Shown here one piece after another: positions 8,013-17,796 of a stretch of DNA of 64,000 nt (positions within the stretch are counted from its first letter, which is position 1; each line of letters begins with the position of its first letter). The stretch is from IMG/VR virus record IMGVR_UViG_3300030061_003170, one strand, 5' to 3'. The notes beneath the pieces were generated by a model that had not been told where the DNA came from, made no database searches, and was given only the letters and a program-made list of their open reading frames with translations. The DNA comes from a virus. Both the position numbers and the translations under genes were made by a program.

Positions 8013-11000
8013 TCATGCTAACCTTGCCCAGTTCTCATCAATACGACCAGAGGTTGAGAAGCCCCAGTCCTCAGAGTATCTTGGCTTCAAGAAGTATGGC
8101 ACATTAACCTGTGGTTGATCCTCGTAGTCATTACCGATGTTCCAGCATCTGACCTGGGTTGTGACAGAGTTAGAGTCAATCACAGTTACAACGTGATACC
8201 ACTTCTTGTTCTTGGTTTTCTTTGAATTGACATTTATCGGTATGCACCAACAGAACTCTTCACCACTCTCAACATACTCGCTGATTGGTGGCAAACCTTT
8301 CTTTTCAAATCTCTTGAGCAGTTCGTCGGGAACCACCAAGTTCATTGGGTAAATGCCTGTAAGATTCTGGATGTGTTCGATGAACTCATTCTTGGAGAAG
8401 TCTCCCTCTGGTAAATACTTTTCAATGTTCTCATTAAGTTTCTTCTTGGTCTTCGGCTTATCAACCACAACAGCAGACCAGAAGTGCTTGGCTCCACTGA
8501 AGCGTTCATCAATCAAATCAGTCATTGCATTAGAGCGGCATAAAGCATCCAGAGACTTCTTGTTTAGTTTCCGAGCCACTACACCCTTGTCGAACAATAA
8601 GTCCTCTGGTGAATGGAAAGGTCGCTTCTCTATGATCTCATCTATGGCTGCATCACCTAGGCCTTTGATTGTCGTGAGAGGAGCAACAAGAGTTGTACCG
8701 TCAAGAACAGTCCAGTTACGTCCTGAAGTGTTGATGTTCAATGGCTTCACGTTGTAACCTTGAGCCTTTACAATGTTGATGGCTTTTTCTTTTCTTGTCT
8801 CCGGCTCTTTGTCCAAGAACGCACAGCACCACTCTGCATTGTAATAAGTTGCAAGCCAAGCGCACTGATAAGACACGATAGAATAAGATACAGCGTGAGA
8901 CTTGTTGAAACCGTAACCAGAGAAGTATTCAAACTTCTGCCACAGTTCATCCGCCATGTCTTCGGTCATACCTTTCTCAACACAACCAAGAACAAACTTG
9001 TTGTAAATCTCTTCTTTCTTTGCTTCCTTTGCAGGATCGAGGCCTTTCTTAGTCAGAAGTTTACGAAGCAAGTTGGCATCATCAAGACCAAGGTCTTTAC
9101 CAAGATGGTGAGCCAATAGAGCAATCTGCTCCTGAAAGATAAGGAAGCCATTTGTTTCTCTTGTGTATTCCTCAATAATCTCATTCTCATAGCGAACGCT
9201 TAGCGGATCTCTGATGGCAGCAACATAGTCGTTGTGAACACCGGCAGACAAAGGTCCAGGTCGAAAGATAGATGTGATGGCAGAAATGTCAACGATAGAC
9301 TTTGGCTTTGCTTTCTTTGCAAACTTCTGTGCTCCTCGCTCAGCAAACTGGAAGATACCAACCCACTTGCCCTCGTGAAAGATGTTCTCGTAGACTTCTT
9401 GGTCATCCAGGTTAATAACGTCTGGGTGGAGGTTCTTGTCGTAGTACTCCTTGATGTCAGCAAACGTTGGGTTCTCAACACCGTGATGGCGTTCAAGGAT
9501 CCTGCGGATGCACTCTTCCATCATTCTAAGTGTTGCGAGACCAAGGATATCAAACTTAATGAAACCCATTGGCTCAAGTTGACGAACGTTCTGCCCCTCA
9601 GACCAAGGAGTCTGTCGGACACCCTTGGAAGCAATCAATGGCATGAACTGGTCTAGTTGCTCACCAATAACCACACCACCAGCGTGACGAGAAGTTGAAC
9701 GAATCTGTCCCATCAAACCCTCAACGTGAGACTTGACACGAGGATACTGTCGGAAGAAAGCCTGGAGTGACGGTGAAAACTCGCACACTTCCTCAAAGTT
9801 AGGAGTGTACATACCTGCTTTCATACCTCTGCGCTTCTTAGCAGGGCCTGTCGCTTCACGCATCATCACAGCAGTCACTTTGTTTACCTCAGTGAAAGGG
9901 ATGTCGTAGAACTTAGATATGTCCTTGATAAGAGAACGTAGTTGTAGCGTATTGAAGTTAGAGATAGGAACAACAGTGTTGGATCCCCACTCCTCAATCA
10001 GTTTCTCTTTGAGAGTCATTGGATCAGACACATCAAAGTCGATGTCCGGATAGTCAGTTGCATCCGCTCGTAGGAAACGAGAGAACAGCAAGCCGTATTT
10101 GATAGGATCAACCTGTGTAATGCCGAGGGCATAGGCCACAAGAGAACCAGCAGCAGAACCACGGCCAGGACCAGCGAGTTGAACCTCGTCAGTCTTGTCC
10201 ACGATTGCTTTCATAGTAAGAAAATAACGGCTAAAACCACGGTCAGAAATAACAGAGAGTTCATGATTGAGACGGTTATTGTAAAGTTCAAGCACTCCCT
10301 CAGCATCTTTAGTTCCTCTTCGTTCAAGGATTCCGAGAAGACCCTCGAAAGCCAACTGTGATAGGTAATTATCAGCGGTATGGCCAGCAGGGACGACAAA
10401 GTTAGGTAAGCGGACAGTATTGTCTGGGATAAAGTCTTCAATTCTGTCAAAAGCAATTTTATGTGTCTCTTCAAGAGATTGCAATATAAGGTCATCATTG
10501 TATTTTACTCCACATTGTTTAGAATATTTTAAGTAGTCCTCCCACATTTGATTACCGTTCTTTGGATACAGTTCGTATTCCATTTCGTCAATGTGGTCAG
10601 GAATGTTGTTATCAAGCCATTCGGGCGCACCCTTGCCGAGCCAACCGATACGCTTGTAAAGTTCGCGGTCTTGCCACGCAGTTGGATTTGGATAGTGTGA
10701 ATCGCAAGTAGATACAAGAGGAATACCAAACTCCTCGTGCATTTTGATAATGTATTGGTTTAGTTCGTGCTGTTCTGAGATACCATTCCATTGCAGTTCG
10801 CCGTACCAACGGTCACCAAAGATGTCCATCATCTTGGTGGTCATTTCACGCATGCAACTAAGGACTGCTTCTTCACCTTGTTCTCGGTTCTCCCAGTAAC
10901 AACCAGCATAAACACCACCAAGACAAGCGGACATAGCGATGACACCCTCGCTGTTTTCACGGAGGAGGTCAAAGTCGATGCGTGGCTTACGATAGAAGTA

Positions 11001-11465
11001 ATCGCCTGAATAAGAGGTTGATACCATCTTGAAGATGTTGTTCAAGCCAGTCTGGTTCATTGCAACAAGAACAAGGTGTCTCTTGCGGTTGATGTCGTGC
11101 TTGGTGGCAGACTTTGACTCCGCTTCGTTCTCAACCGTGGTTCCAGAACGTGCGTTATCAATCTGCTTAGACTTAACCTTGTCGGCTTTGTACTCCTCTA
11201 GTTTTGATCTCCATCCATCGAGAGACTCGATGAAGTATGCTTCGACACCAAAGATAGGCTTGAAGTCCTTACCTTGCTTTTTCATACGCTTAGCGTGAAG
11301 AACCTGATAGGCAAAGCCATTCATATTCCCGTGGTCGGTCAAGGCCAGAGCCTCTGACCCGTTCTTGTAAGCAAAGTCCATGTGATCTGCTGGGTAGCCA
11401 AAACCATCAAATGGTGAGCCGACACCAGAGTGAGCGTGCAATCCTACAAAATTAATCTTTTTCAT
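8013..11465 (-). CDS. dnaE: DNA polymerase III alpha subunit (family C) with PHP domain
   Basis: HAHS, LTDHG, GRGSAAGSLVAY, PDIDFD, HAGGV, KFDILGL, FQEQ, YGFNKSH. Confidence 0.97.
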   Translation of the reverse strand: MKKINFVGLHAHSGVGSPFDGFGYPADHMDFAYKNGSEALALTDHGNMNGFAYQVLHAKRMKKQGKDFKPIFGVEAYFIESLDGWRSKLEEYKADKVKSKQIDNARSGTTVENEAESKSATKHDINRKRHLVLVAMNQTGLNNIFKMVSTSYSGDYFYRKPRIDFDLLRENSEGVIAMSACLGGVYAGCYWENREQGEEAVLSCMREMTTKMMDIFGDRWYGELQWNGISEQHELNQYIIKMHEEFGIPLVSTCDSHYPNPTAWQDRELYKRIGWLGKGAPEWLDNNIPDHIDEMEYELYPKNGNQMWEDYLKYSKQCGVKYNDDLILQSLEETHKIAFDRIEDFIPDNTVRLPNFVVPAGHTADNYLSQLAFEGLLGILERRGTKDAEGVLELYNNRLNHELSVISDRGFSRYFLTMKAIVDKTDEVQLAGPGRGSAAGSLVAYALGITQVDPIKYGLLFSRFLRADATDYPDIDFDVSDPMTLKEKLIEEWGSNTVVPISNFNTLQLRSLIKDISKFYDIPFTEVNKVTAVMMREATGPAKKRRGMKAGMYTPNFEEVCEFSPSLQAFFRQYPRVKSHVEGLMGQIRSTSRHAGGVVIGEQLDQFMPLIASKGVRQTPWSEGQNVRQLEPMGFIKFDILGLATLRMMEECIRRILERHHGVENPTFADIKEYYDKNLHPDVINLDDQEVYENIFHEGKWVGIFQFAERGAQKFAKKAKPKSIVDISAITSIFRPGPLSAGVHNDYVAAIRDPLSVRYENEIIEEYTRETNGFLIFQEQIALLAHHLGKDLGLDDANLLRKLLTKKGLDPAKEAKKEEIYNKFVLGCVEKGMTEDMADELWQKFEYFSGYGFNKSHAVSYSIVSYQCAWLATYYNAEWCCAFLDKEPETRKEKAINIVKAQGYNVKPLNINTSGRNWTVLDGTTLVAPLTTIKGLGDAAIDEIIEKRPFHSPEDLLFDKGVVARKLNKKSLDALCRSNAMTDLIDERFSGAKHFWSAVVVDKPKTKKKLNENIEKYLPEGDFSKNEFIEHIQNLTGIYPMNLVVPDELLKRFEKKGLPPISEYVESGEEFCWCIPINVNSKKTKNKKWYHVVTVIDSNSVTTQVRCWNIGNDYEDQPQVNVPYFLKPRYSEDWGFSTSGRIDENWARLA

Positions 11466-11494
11466 TTAGTCTCCTTGTTTTGTTGTGTGTAAAT

Positions 11495-11531
11495 AAAGTA
11501 ACACGCCACTCAACATCTGTCAAGGGGCGTG
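11495..11531 (-). promoter_or_regulatory. sigma70-type promoter in stem-loop cassette (copy 1)
   Basis: TTGACA-17-TACTTT; CACGCC/GGCGTG flank the -35. Confidence 0.7.
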
Positions 11532-11543
11532 CGTAAGTTTTAT

Positions 11544-12464
11544 TTAATTTTGTTGCATAAGTTCTCGCATCTTGAACAGGCCAATCTCCTTGTGCTTGCA
11601 CTCAAGCATAATATCCATACGGTGACCAAAGGTATCAATTGAATCCCAGTAAGAGTCACTGTGTGCTTGAGGCTTGATCTTTGGATCGTTGTGCTCAACA
11701 GCACGAGACTGACTGTAGTGAACGACAGGGACGACATCGCCCCATGTTTGAAGAGCCAACTCAACGGCATCCTGTTGCGACAAGCCACCGGTACACATTG
11801 TGTGGTGATGGTAGTCATGCACGATGGGGATGCCTAATTCTTTGAATATACCATCGTACAACTCTTTGGTTGAGTATAGGCTTTCTTTATCGTCATTCTC
11901 CACGGTCAGTCGAGACCGTACAGACTCTGATAATCGACCGAAGTTCCGGCAAAAATTGCCAAGGGCCATAGGTTTATCATTGTATGCTCCTCCTACATGA
12001 ATGTTTAGTTTTGCTTGCGGTGTGCGCGGTTGACACAACAAGTCCATAAGACGACCATGGATCTCCAGATCGCGAATGGTATTGAGAACAACCTGCTCGT
12101 TTGGCGAGCAAAGTTTGTTGAACGGGCCAGGATGCATTGTAAGACGAATGCCGTGCTCTTCCGCATACAAGCCGCAGTCAAACAAGGTCTCCTCGATCAT
12201 CTCGAAGTCCGGAAGATCCTCAAGGGCATACTCGGATGCCCAAGGGAATATCTCGGATGACATCCGAAAGAATGTGATGTTGTTTGCAACATTCCACTCA
12301 AGGATTGTCTTTAGATCCTTTACGTTCTGGGTAATTAGTTCCGATGCATAGTTGATACCTTTCTCTTGAAAGGTTTTCTTGCGCATTGTGCGGTTGGTTG
12401 AAACCTTTGGTTTTAGACCAGATAGTTCCATATTGATGCACGCATAACCAAGTCGATAATTCAT
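11544..12464 (-). CDS. uvsE: UV DNA damage endonuclease
   Basis: LGYACIN, FFRMSSE, RLTMHPG, NIHVGG, LTVENDD, DYHHH, QAHSD, DIMLECKHKE. Confidence 0.95.
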   Translation of the reverse strand: MNYRLGYACINMELSGLKPKVSTNRTMRKKTFQEKGINYASELITQNVKDLKTILEWNVANNITFFRMSSEIFPWASEYALEDLPDFEMIEETLFDCGLYAEEHGIRLTMHPGPFNKLCSPNEQVVLNTIRDLEIHGRLMDLLCQPRTPQAKLNIHVGGAYNDKPMALGNFCRNFGRLSESVRSRLTVENDDKESLYSTKELYDGIFKELGIPIVHDYHHHTMCTGGLSQQDAVELALQTWGDVVPVVHYSQSRAVEHNDPKIKPQAHSDSYWDSIDTFGHRMDIMLECKHKEIGLFKMRELMQQN

Positions 12465-12482
12465 GTTGTCCTCCATGAATGT

Positions 12483-12510
12483 AATGTATCACGTTGTTGG
12501 TTTTTGTCAA
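12483..12510 (-). promoter_or_regulatory. sigma70-type promoter
   Basis: TTGACA-16-TACATT. Confidence 0.65.
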
Positions 12511-12516
12511 GTTATT

Positions 12517-13098
12517 TTAGAAAAATTGCGAAGTATATTCGTCTTGAATTCTTCTCTTCTCACCGGCATAATTTAGGATATCATCTCGAAGCGCAAGATA
12601 TGAAACCTCTTCTGGTCTTACAAGGAACTCGAGTTTATCAATTGGAATTTGGCACTTAAACCCGTCTGATAATTCTGTTGAATAGTTATCAACAACTTGT
12701 TTATAAGATATTATTGCCATTGAATGATTCGTGCTATCAATTATAATAAGATAGTCAGCGGTTGCCCTTAGGTCTTTTTCTTCGCTATTTTGCATTGTAT
12801 TTGTTAATTTAATATCACTAGTTTTCTTTGGCTTAATATTACCGCCTTTAGTATACAAAACATTTCCTTGTGATTTTATTTCAAACTTTTTTCGCGTAGC
12901 AGGGCAAATCATATCATAACCGATTTGATCAACCCATTCCAGTTTTCCTTTTGTTGCTTTCTCTAAACCACTCTCAAAAACGTCCGCCTTATCAAATCGA
13001 TTTTTTCTTTCATTCAGGGTAGGCCCGACGTGCTTTACCATTGTAAAAAACCCATCGTAATCAAAGTCATACTTTTCATAAAATTCTTGACGGTTCAT
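12517..13098 (-). CDS. Putative PD-(D/E)XK endonuclease
   Basis: E...GYDM...FEIKSQ...ADYLIIID; start MNRQ at 13098 with GGAGG. Confidence 0.55.
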   Translation of the reverse strand: MNRQEFYEKYDFDYDGFFTMVKHVGPTLNERKNRFDKADVFESGLEKATKGKLEWVDQIGYDMICPATRKKFEIKSQGNVLYTKGGNIKPKKTSDIKLTNTMQNSEEKDLRATADYLIIIDSTNHSMAIISYKQVVDNYSTELSDGFKCQIPIDKLEFLVRPEEVSYLALRDDILNYAGEKRRIQDEYTSQFF

Positions 13099-13114
13099 AT
13101 TACCTCCATACAAT

Positions 13115-13152
13115 AAGATAACACGTCCCCCAACATTTGTCAAGGGACGTGT
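13115..13152 (-). promoter_or_regulatory. sigma70-type promoter in stem-loop cassette (copy 2)
   Basis: TTGACA-17-TATCTT; 9-bp ACACGTCCC/GGGACGTGT around the -35. Confidence 0.75.
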
Positions 13153-13171
13153 GCAAGTTTTTTTGTTTTAC

Positions 13172-13444
13172 TTACTGATTTTTCATGCGAAGCATTCTGT
13201 CCTCGGCATATTTCTCTTTCATCGCATCAAGACCTGCATCTAACTTATCCAGTGCTTTCTCAAGCATTATCTCCTGGTCTGTTAGTTTCTCTGCGATCTT
13301 GTCCTGGTGATAGCGAAGTGCTTCGGCTGCTCTTTTCTCGTCTGCTTCCGCATCTTTGCGTTGTTGCCAGTTCATCCACAGCAGTGATGCCGTCCATAAA
13401 CCAAGCGGACCGTATTGGGCCAAGCCCTCAATTATAGCCTCCAT
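13172..13444 (-). CDS. BhlA/UviB-like holin
   Basis: MEAIIEGLAQYGPLGLWTASLLW single TM plus charged coiled coil; late-motif variant at 13469-13476. Confidence 0.65.
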   Translation of the reverse strand: MEAIIEGLAQYGPLGLWTASLLWMNWQQRKDAEADEKRAAEALRYHQDKIAEKLTDQEIMLEKALDKLDAGLDAMKEKYAEDRMLRMKNQ

Positions 13445-13475
13445 TCATAAACCCTCCATGATTTACAATAATTAG

Positions 13476-13556
13476 TTACTTGTTACCGTAATATCTGTAG
13501 AACCACGTAGCGCTCGCTGCTGTTGCAAGGAAAAATATAAGATTAAAGTCGATCAT
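13476..13556 (-). CDS. 26-aa single-TM microprotein (not in ORF track)
   Basis: MIDFNLIFFLATAASATWFYRYYGNK with GAGGTG SD. Confidence 0.5.
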   Translation of the reverse strand: MIDFNLIFFLATAASATWFYRYYGNK

Positions 13557-13645
13557 GTAGCACCTCTTTTTTACAAAAACTCATCCGAGTCCTTTAACTA
13601 GCGCCCGGAATAGAAAAATTTTGGCGCCGTGCTGCGCTAAGGAAG

Positions 13646-13831
13646 TTAGTCACAATCAAGTCTAGAGAGAGTCTCTTGAACGTGATAATCAAAGACACCT
13701 CTGTTTGGCCAAAACACTTTGTAAAGCCCTACCCACTTATCATAGGACGTTACGATCCCTATCCCATAGGTTAATTCATGATAGAGTGCCCGATGCATAA
13801 CCAAATCTCCCTTTTCATAAACTTTTATCAT
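13646..13831 (-). CDS. Small KOW/SH3-like hypothetical protein
   Basis: YEKGDLV...GIGIV...YKVFW. Confidence 0.6.
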   Translation of the reverse strand: MIKVYEKGDLVMHRALYHELTYGIGIVTSYDKWVGLYKVFWPNRGVFDYHVQETLSRLDCD

Positions 13832-13840
13832 TTGCTCTCC

Positions 13841-14116
13841 CTAACAACAATCTTCTTCGCACTCTTCTATTTCTTCTTTCATCCTGTCGGTCATTCCTTT
13901 AAGAAATTCCGCTTGACTCTCTAGGTCTTTGATAAGCAACTCATTGTATGCATCTGTGATTTGCGCTTCAAATCTTGCAAAATGTCTTTTCAACATTCTG
14001 TGCGTGAAATACGTAAACACCAAGTAGATTAATGACGGGATTAGCATTCCGTAAAAGAACGCACGCCAATACAGCGCCGAATAATAAGTGTCTATAATGA
14101 TTTCTAAGTTTTCCAT
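13841..14116 (-). CDS. Membrane protein, hypothetical
   Basis: One TM segment; GGAGG SD. Confidence 0.6.
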   Translation of the reverse strand: MENLEIIIDTYYSALYWRAFFYGMLIPSLIYLVFTYFTHRMLKRHFARFEAQITDAYNELLIKDLESQAEFLKGMTDRMKEEIEECEEDCC

Positions 14117-14421
14117 GTTTCCTCCGTGTTTTTAAAACTTATAATTGGTGCCCCGGTAATGGGACAATACTTCTCTGTTAATGCTCCGCAGAAATATGTG
14201 CGATGCCAAATATAATCAGGGGCATCTTCAACATATACCACAAGAGTATTGTTTATCCGCTTTACTTCAAGTATTTTTGTCTCAGAAGCAGATATAATAT
14301 TATCTTGGTCTACAAATTCCAAGAAAGTTTCTAAAATTGGTTCCCACCCTATTGGACAGTAGAACTCTATCAAAATAGGTGACATAAGGTGTTCGTACTT
14401 GTCATACAGTCTTTGGCTCAT
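14104..14421 (-). CDS. Hypothetical phage protein
   Basis: CPIGWEPIL...CPITG; TAATG coupling at 14421. Confidence 0.6.
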   Translation of the reverse strand: MSQRLYDKYEHLMSPILIEFYCPIGWEPILETFLEFVDQDNIISASETKILEVKRINNTLVVYVEDAPDYIWHRTYFCGALTEKYCPITGAPIISFKNTEETWKT

Positions 14422-14651
14422 TATATTTTTTTCACCTCGGAACACCAAACGTCTATCTCGTTACCGTCGCAGTCTGAGATTCTGTAATGGAAACCATCCA
14501 CCAGTTCTTCTTCAACATAATGCTCGGGCGGATAGACTTTAATAACAACACACACTTTGTCTAAATATTGATTGATCATTAGAATTTCTGGACCAACGAC
14601 AACAACGACAAGATCCCCAACCTCACAACGAAGTCGAGGACTTATATTCAC
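14421..14651 (-). CDS. Small KOW/SH3-like hypothetical protein
   Basis: EVGDLVVV; GTGA coupling. Confidence 0.55.
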   Translation of the reverse strand: MNISPRLRCEVGDLVVVVVGPEILMINQYLDKVCVVIKVYPPEHYVEEELVDGFHYRISDCDGNEIDVWCSEVKKI

Positions 14652-14806
14652 TGATCACCCCAATGACAATCACAAGGTGTGCATTCGCAGACTGGGCAAG
14701 ATTCTTTGGCTTGCTTGGCGCTTTCCTCTTGCTTTCTTCTTCGTCTCATTGAGTAAAATTCGGAAACTCTTCTTGAACTAGCGACTGCTCTTCTAATGTT
14801 CCTCAT
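14648..14806 (-). CDS. 52-aa Arg-rich, Cys-cluster microprotein (not in ORF track)
   Basis: MRNIRRAVASSRRVSEFYSMRRRRKQEESAKQAKESCPVCECTPCDCHWGDQ; overlaps both neighbours' stop/start codons. Confidence 0.65.
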   Translation of the reverse strand: MRNIRRAVASSRRVSEFYSMRRRRKQEESAKQAKESCPVCECTPCDCHWGDQ

Positions 14807-15774
14807 CAATCTACTCCTATTATTTTCTTACCATTTGTCGTGGCTATTTTAACTAGTTCTTTCATATTGTAAAAATGGGTTGCCTCAAGCATTACCCTTA
14901 ATTCAGTCGCCATGTTTCCGTCTGAATATGGCTTGTATATATCGTGAATGTTGTCAGAACCGATAGCAACGACCAATTCATTCTCTACCAATTCCTCGAC
15001 TGGGGTGATCGCATTATGGTCAACTGACATCTTATCGCTTCTTCTATGGTCTATCCATGCAGTTGGACAGGTAACGAATGAAAGGTCAGCATCTTTACTA
15101 AGATCATAGATATACTGTCGGTAATTTTTTGGATGGGCTGCCAAACTAATGCTATGCACTGCCGTTACTCTTCCTTCAAGTCCGTGCTCAATTGTTTTTC
15201 TGGCCAAAAGTTCTGTTTCTTTCTCCGAAATATCATTTAGTTGATCAACGTGGGCATGAAGTCTTTTGCCAGTTTGTTTTGCCCATTCCATAACAACGTC
15301 AAGGTGTTCAGCCTCTCGGCCCTCGTCTGCTCTTGGCAAACACCCAATGACATCAAAGTCTTCAATGCGAGACTCCAATAACGCTCTGGGTTGTGGTGTT
15401 AACACCCCTTTCAGAGTCTGGTTTGCTATTCTTAGGTCAATTCCAAGTTCTTTAGCAAGAACCTTAGCGTGAATTGCTGCATTTAACGCACGTTCTCCAC
15501 AAACAGGATCTAGATCCACGAAAGATAAGGCTGATGTTACACCAAAGTGTTTTTGTCTTGTCAACGCCTTGTCAAAATTAATAAAATATCTCTCCATCAT
15601 AGCAGATTTCTTGAACTTATCAACTAACTTCCATTTTTCAAACAAATGATTGTTGACTGTTTCATTCAAGTCTTCTCTGGTAACAGTATAGGCCCTATCA
15701 AAATGAGCATGAGCATTACAAAAACCTGTCTTGTAGATTTTATCTAGCAGATCCTGAAGCGGGGAATATGTCAT
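14806..15774 (-). CDS. codA: Cytosine deaminase-like amidohydrolase
   Basis: NAHAHFDRA, HAHVD, GRVTAVH, GSDNIHD. Confidence 0.8.
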   Translation of the reverse strand: MTYSPLQDLLDKIYKTGFCNAHAHFDRAYTVTREDLNETVNNHLFEKWKLVDKFKKSAMMERYFINFDKALTRQKHFGVTSALSFVDLDPVCGERALNAAIHAKVLAKELGIDLRIANQTLKGVLTPQPRALLESRIEDFDVIGCLPRADEGREAEHLDVVMEWAKQTGKRLHAHVDQLNDISEKETELLARKTIEHGLEGRVTAVHSISLAAHPKNYRQYIYDLSKDADLSFVTCPTAWIDHRRSDKMSVDHNAITPVEELVENELVVAIGSDNIHDIYKPYSDGNMATELRVMLEATHFYNMKELVKIATTNGKKIIGVD

Positions 15775-16646
15775 TGTATGTATCCTGTTCCTATAACTTC
15801 GTGTTCCATGTGGGTCTCAACAAAAGTGTTTCTGTCCTCCCACAAAACATTTTCAATCTTGTGTCTCGCAAGGTGTACAGCAACGAGTGAGTTTGAAGGA
15901 TATCTGGACAAATATTGTCCGGGAATTGTTATCATGCCATTGTCGCCTGTCGCACATGCAACGTACCCAAGAAGTTGGGCGCCATCATAAGAATAAACTG
16001 CAATGGTAACCATGAACGTAGAATTTGTTCCAGATGGAGACCACCAGAAATTTGTGCCATTTCTATTGATTGGTGCAGCAAATGCATAAGATGGATCGGT
16101 GTAAAGCAGTTCCTGTGGTGTAATCGAGTCAAACCCATGAAAAGAGCGAAACTTAAAACTTCCCTCTTGGGTGTTTACTTCATGCTCTGTGTCTCTGTCG
16201 TATTGGGTCTCGTAAATACCAGCATCATAATCATCGCCAACCTTGGCCATTACAATCTCTCTAAAGTTGTTGATAACATTGATGTTTGGCCCCACGTTGA
16301 TTGATTGAACAGAGGGGTTGGTAAATGTTAGGTTCTCAGTGCATTCGCCTTGAGGAACAACCCACTCAGTGTGAGATTGATTGGTCGGATCATGAAACTC
16401 AGCATGAAGAGTAATTGAAATCTCCTGTGGTTCTCCGACACACGCTGGGCACGCGACCTGACGTGCGTAATAACTAAAGTACCCTCCGATACCCTCTGGC
16501 CCTGGGTTTGGAGAGGTACCGGGTTGGGCTTCTGGTTGTGGCGAGACAGATGTGTCAATCACTGTTGTTTCGTTTGTGTCAGTAGGATTGTTTTTATACT
16601 TTACTAATCCAACCTCGGTACACGCTAATAAAATTGCTAATAACAT
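15771..16646 (-). CDS. Lipoprotein, hypothetical
   Basis: Short signal MLLAILLAC; P/T-rich linker; beta-rich domain with paired Cys. Confidence 0.7.
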   Translation of the reverse strand: MLLAILLACTEVGLVKYKNNPTDTNETTVIDTSVSPQPEAQPGTSPNPGPEGIGGYFSYYARQVACPACVGEPQEISITLHAEFHDPTNQSHTEWVVPQGECTENLTFTNPSVQSINVGPNINVINNFREIVMAKVGDDYDAGIYETQYDRDTEHEVNTQEGSFKFRSFHGFDSITPQELLYTDPSYAFAAPINRNGTNFWWSPSGTNSTFMVTIAVYSYDGAQLLGYVACATGDNGMITIPGQYLSRYPSNSLVAVHLARHKIENVLWEDRNTFVETHMEHEVIGTGYIQ

Positions 16647-16699
16647 TTTCTTCTCCTCACTTTATCTCACTGGAAGTCGTTCTGCTTCCGTATAATTAT

Positions 16700-16728
16700 A
16701 GTCTAACATAACAAACAGGCATTGTCAA
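16700..16728 (-). promoter_or_regulatory. sigma70-type promoter
   Basis: TTGACA-17-TAGACT with TGT. Confidence 0.6.
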
Positions 16729-16736
16729 TAAATAAT

Positions 16737-17774
16737 TCATCTATTCTTCACAAACACCGAGTTAAACTGCTGAGTACATCGAACGAATGTGGTACATTTG
16801 CTTAGTTGCTTTAGGGTTGGTGCGCCAACATACGTACAAGTTGAACGAATGCCTCCCAATAAATCTCTAATTGTATCTTCAACGCTTCCTTTATATGGAA
16901 TCTGCACTGTTCTTCCCTCTGAAGATCTGTAGTCTGCAACGCCGCCAGAGTGTTTATTCATCGCGGTATCGGAAGACATTCCGTAAAACTGTATCATCTT
17001 TTGGCCGTCAACTTCTATTATTCGTCCTCCGCCCTCTTCATGACCAGCCAACATACCACCAAGCATTACGAAGTCAGCACCAGCGCCAAAAGCCTTTGCC
17101 ACATCGCCAGGACAAGTGCATCCACCATCGGCTATAATATGCCCTCCAAGGCCGTGTGCAGCATCAGCGCACTCAATGACCGCAGAGAGTTGTGGATAGC
17201 CTACACCGGTCTGTATGCGCGTTGTACAAACAGATCCGGGGCCAATACCAACCTTTACAACGTCTGCTCCAGCGAGGATCAACTCCTGGGTCATGTCAGC
17301 GGTCACAACGTTTCCTGCTATGATGTTCTTCTCAGGATAGTCGGCTCTAACTTGTCTTACAAAGTCAACGAAATGTTCTGAGTATCCGTTAGCAATGTCA
17401 ATACAAATCCAGTAAAGATCAAACTCATCTATTATTTCTCTTGCTCTAATGTATTCTTCTTGGTTTGTCCCAATGCTAATCGCAGCGCATGATTTAGTAA
17501 ATAGTCTCCAGATGTTTCTGTTCCAATCGCCAAACGTATGTTGCTTTGTAATACAGGTAAACATACCTTCTGAACTTAAAGCCTCGGCAATCCCAAATGT
17601 TCCGACTCCATCCATATTTGCAGCCATAATTGGCACACCTTTCCAGGTTTTACCACTATTGCGAAAAGTAAACGTTCTGTTTAGATTTACTTCTCCTCGA
17701 CTCTTTAAGATGCTCCTCTTTGGGCGAATAAGCACGTCCTTGTAGTCAAGTTTAATTTCATTGTCAATTCTCAT
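16737..17774 (-). CDS. guaC: GMP reductase
   Basis: [50 protein letters not shown]. Confidence 0.96.
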   Translation of the reverse strand: MRIDNEIKLDYKDVLIRPKRSILKSRGEVNLNRTFTFRNSGKTWKGVPIMAANMDGVGTFGIAEALSSEGMFTCITKQHTFGDWNRNIWRLFTKSCAAISIGTNQEEYIRAREIIDEFDLYWICIDIANGYSEHFVDFVRQVRADYPEKNIIAGNVVTADMTQELILAGADVVKVGIGPGSVCTTRIQTGVGYPQLSAVIECADAAHGLGGHIIADGGCTCPGDVAKAFGAGADFVMLGGMLAGHEEGGGRIIEVDGQKMIQFYGMSSDTAMNKHSGGVADYRSSEGRTVQIPYKGSVEDTIRDLLGGIRSTCTYVGAPTLKQLSKCTTFVRCTQQFNSVFVKNR

Positions 17775-17796
17775 GATGTCTCCTTGTTGTGTTAGT

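Noticed and set aside
13596-13645. tRNA-like TAGCGCAGC segment
   Set aside because: No T-arm (GTTC) or acceptor stem; no tRNA recognised in the window
16662-16709. 15-codon ORF upstream of the lipoprotein gene
   Set aside because: Its start lies within the promoter spacer and it lacks an SD
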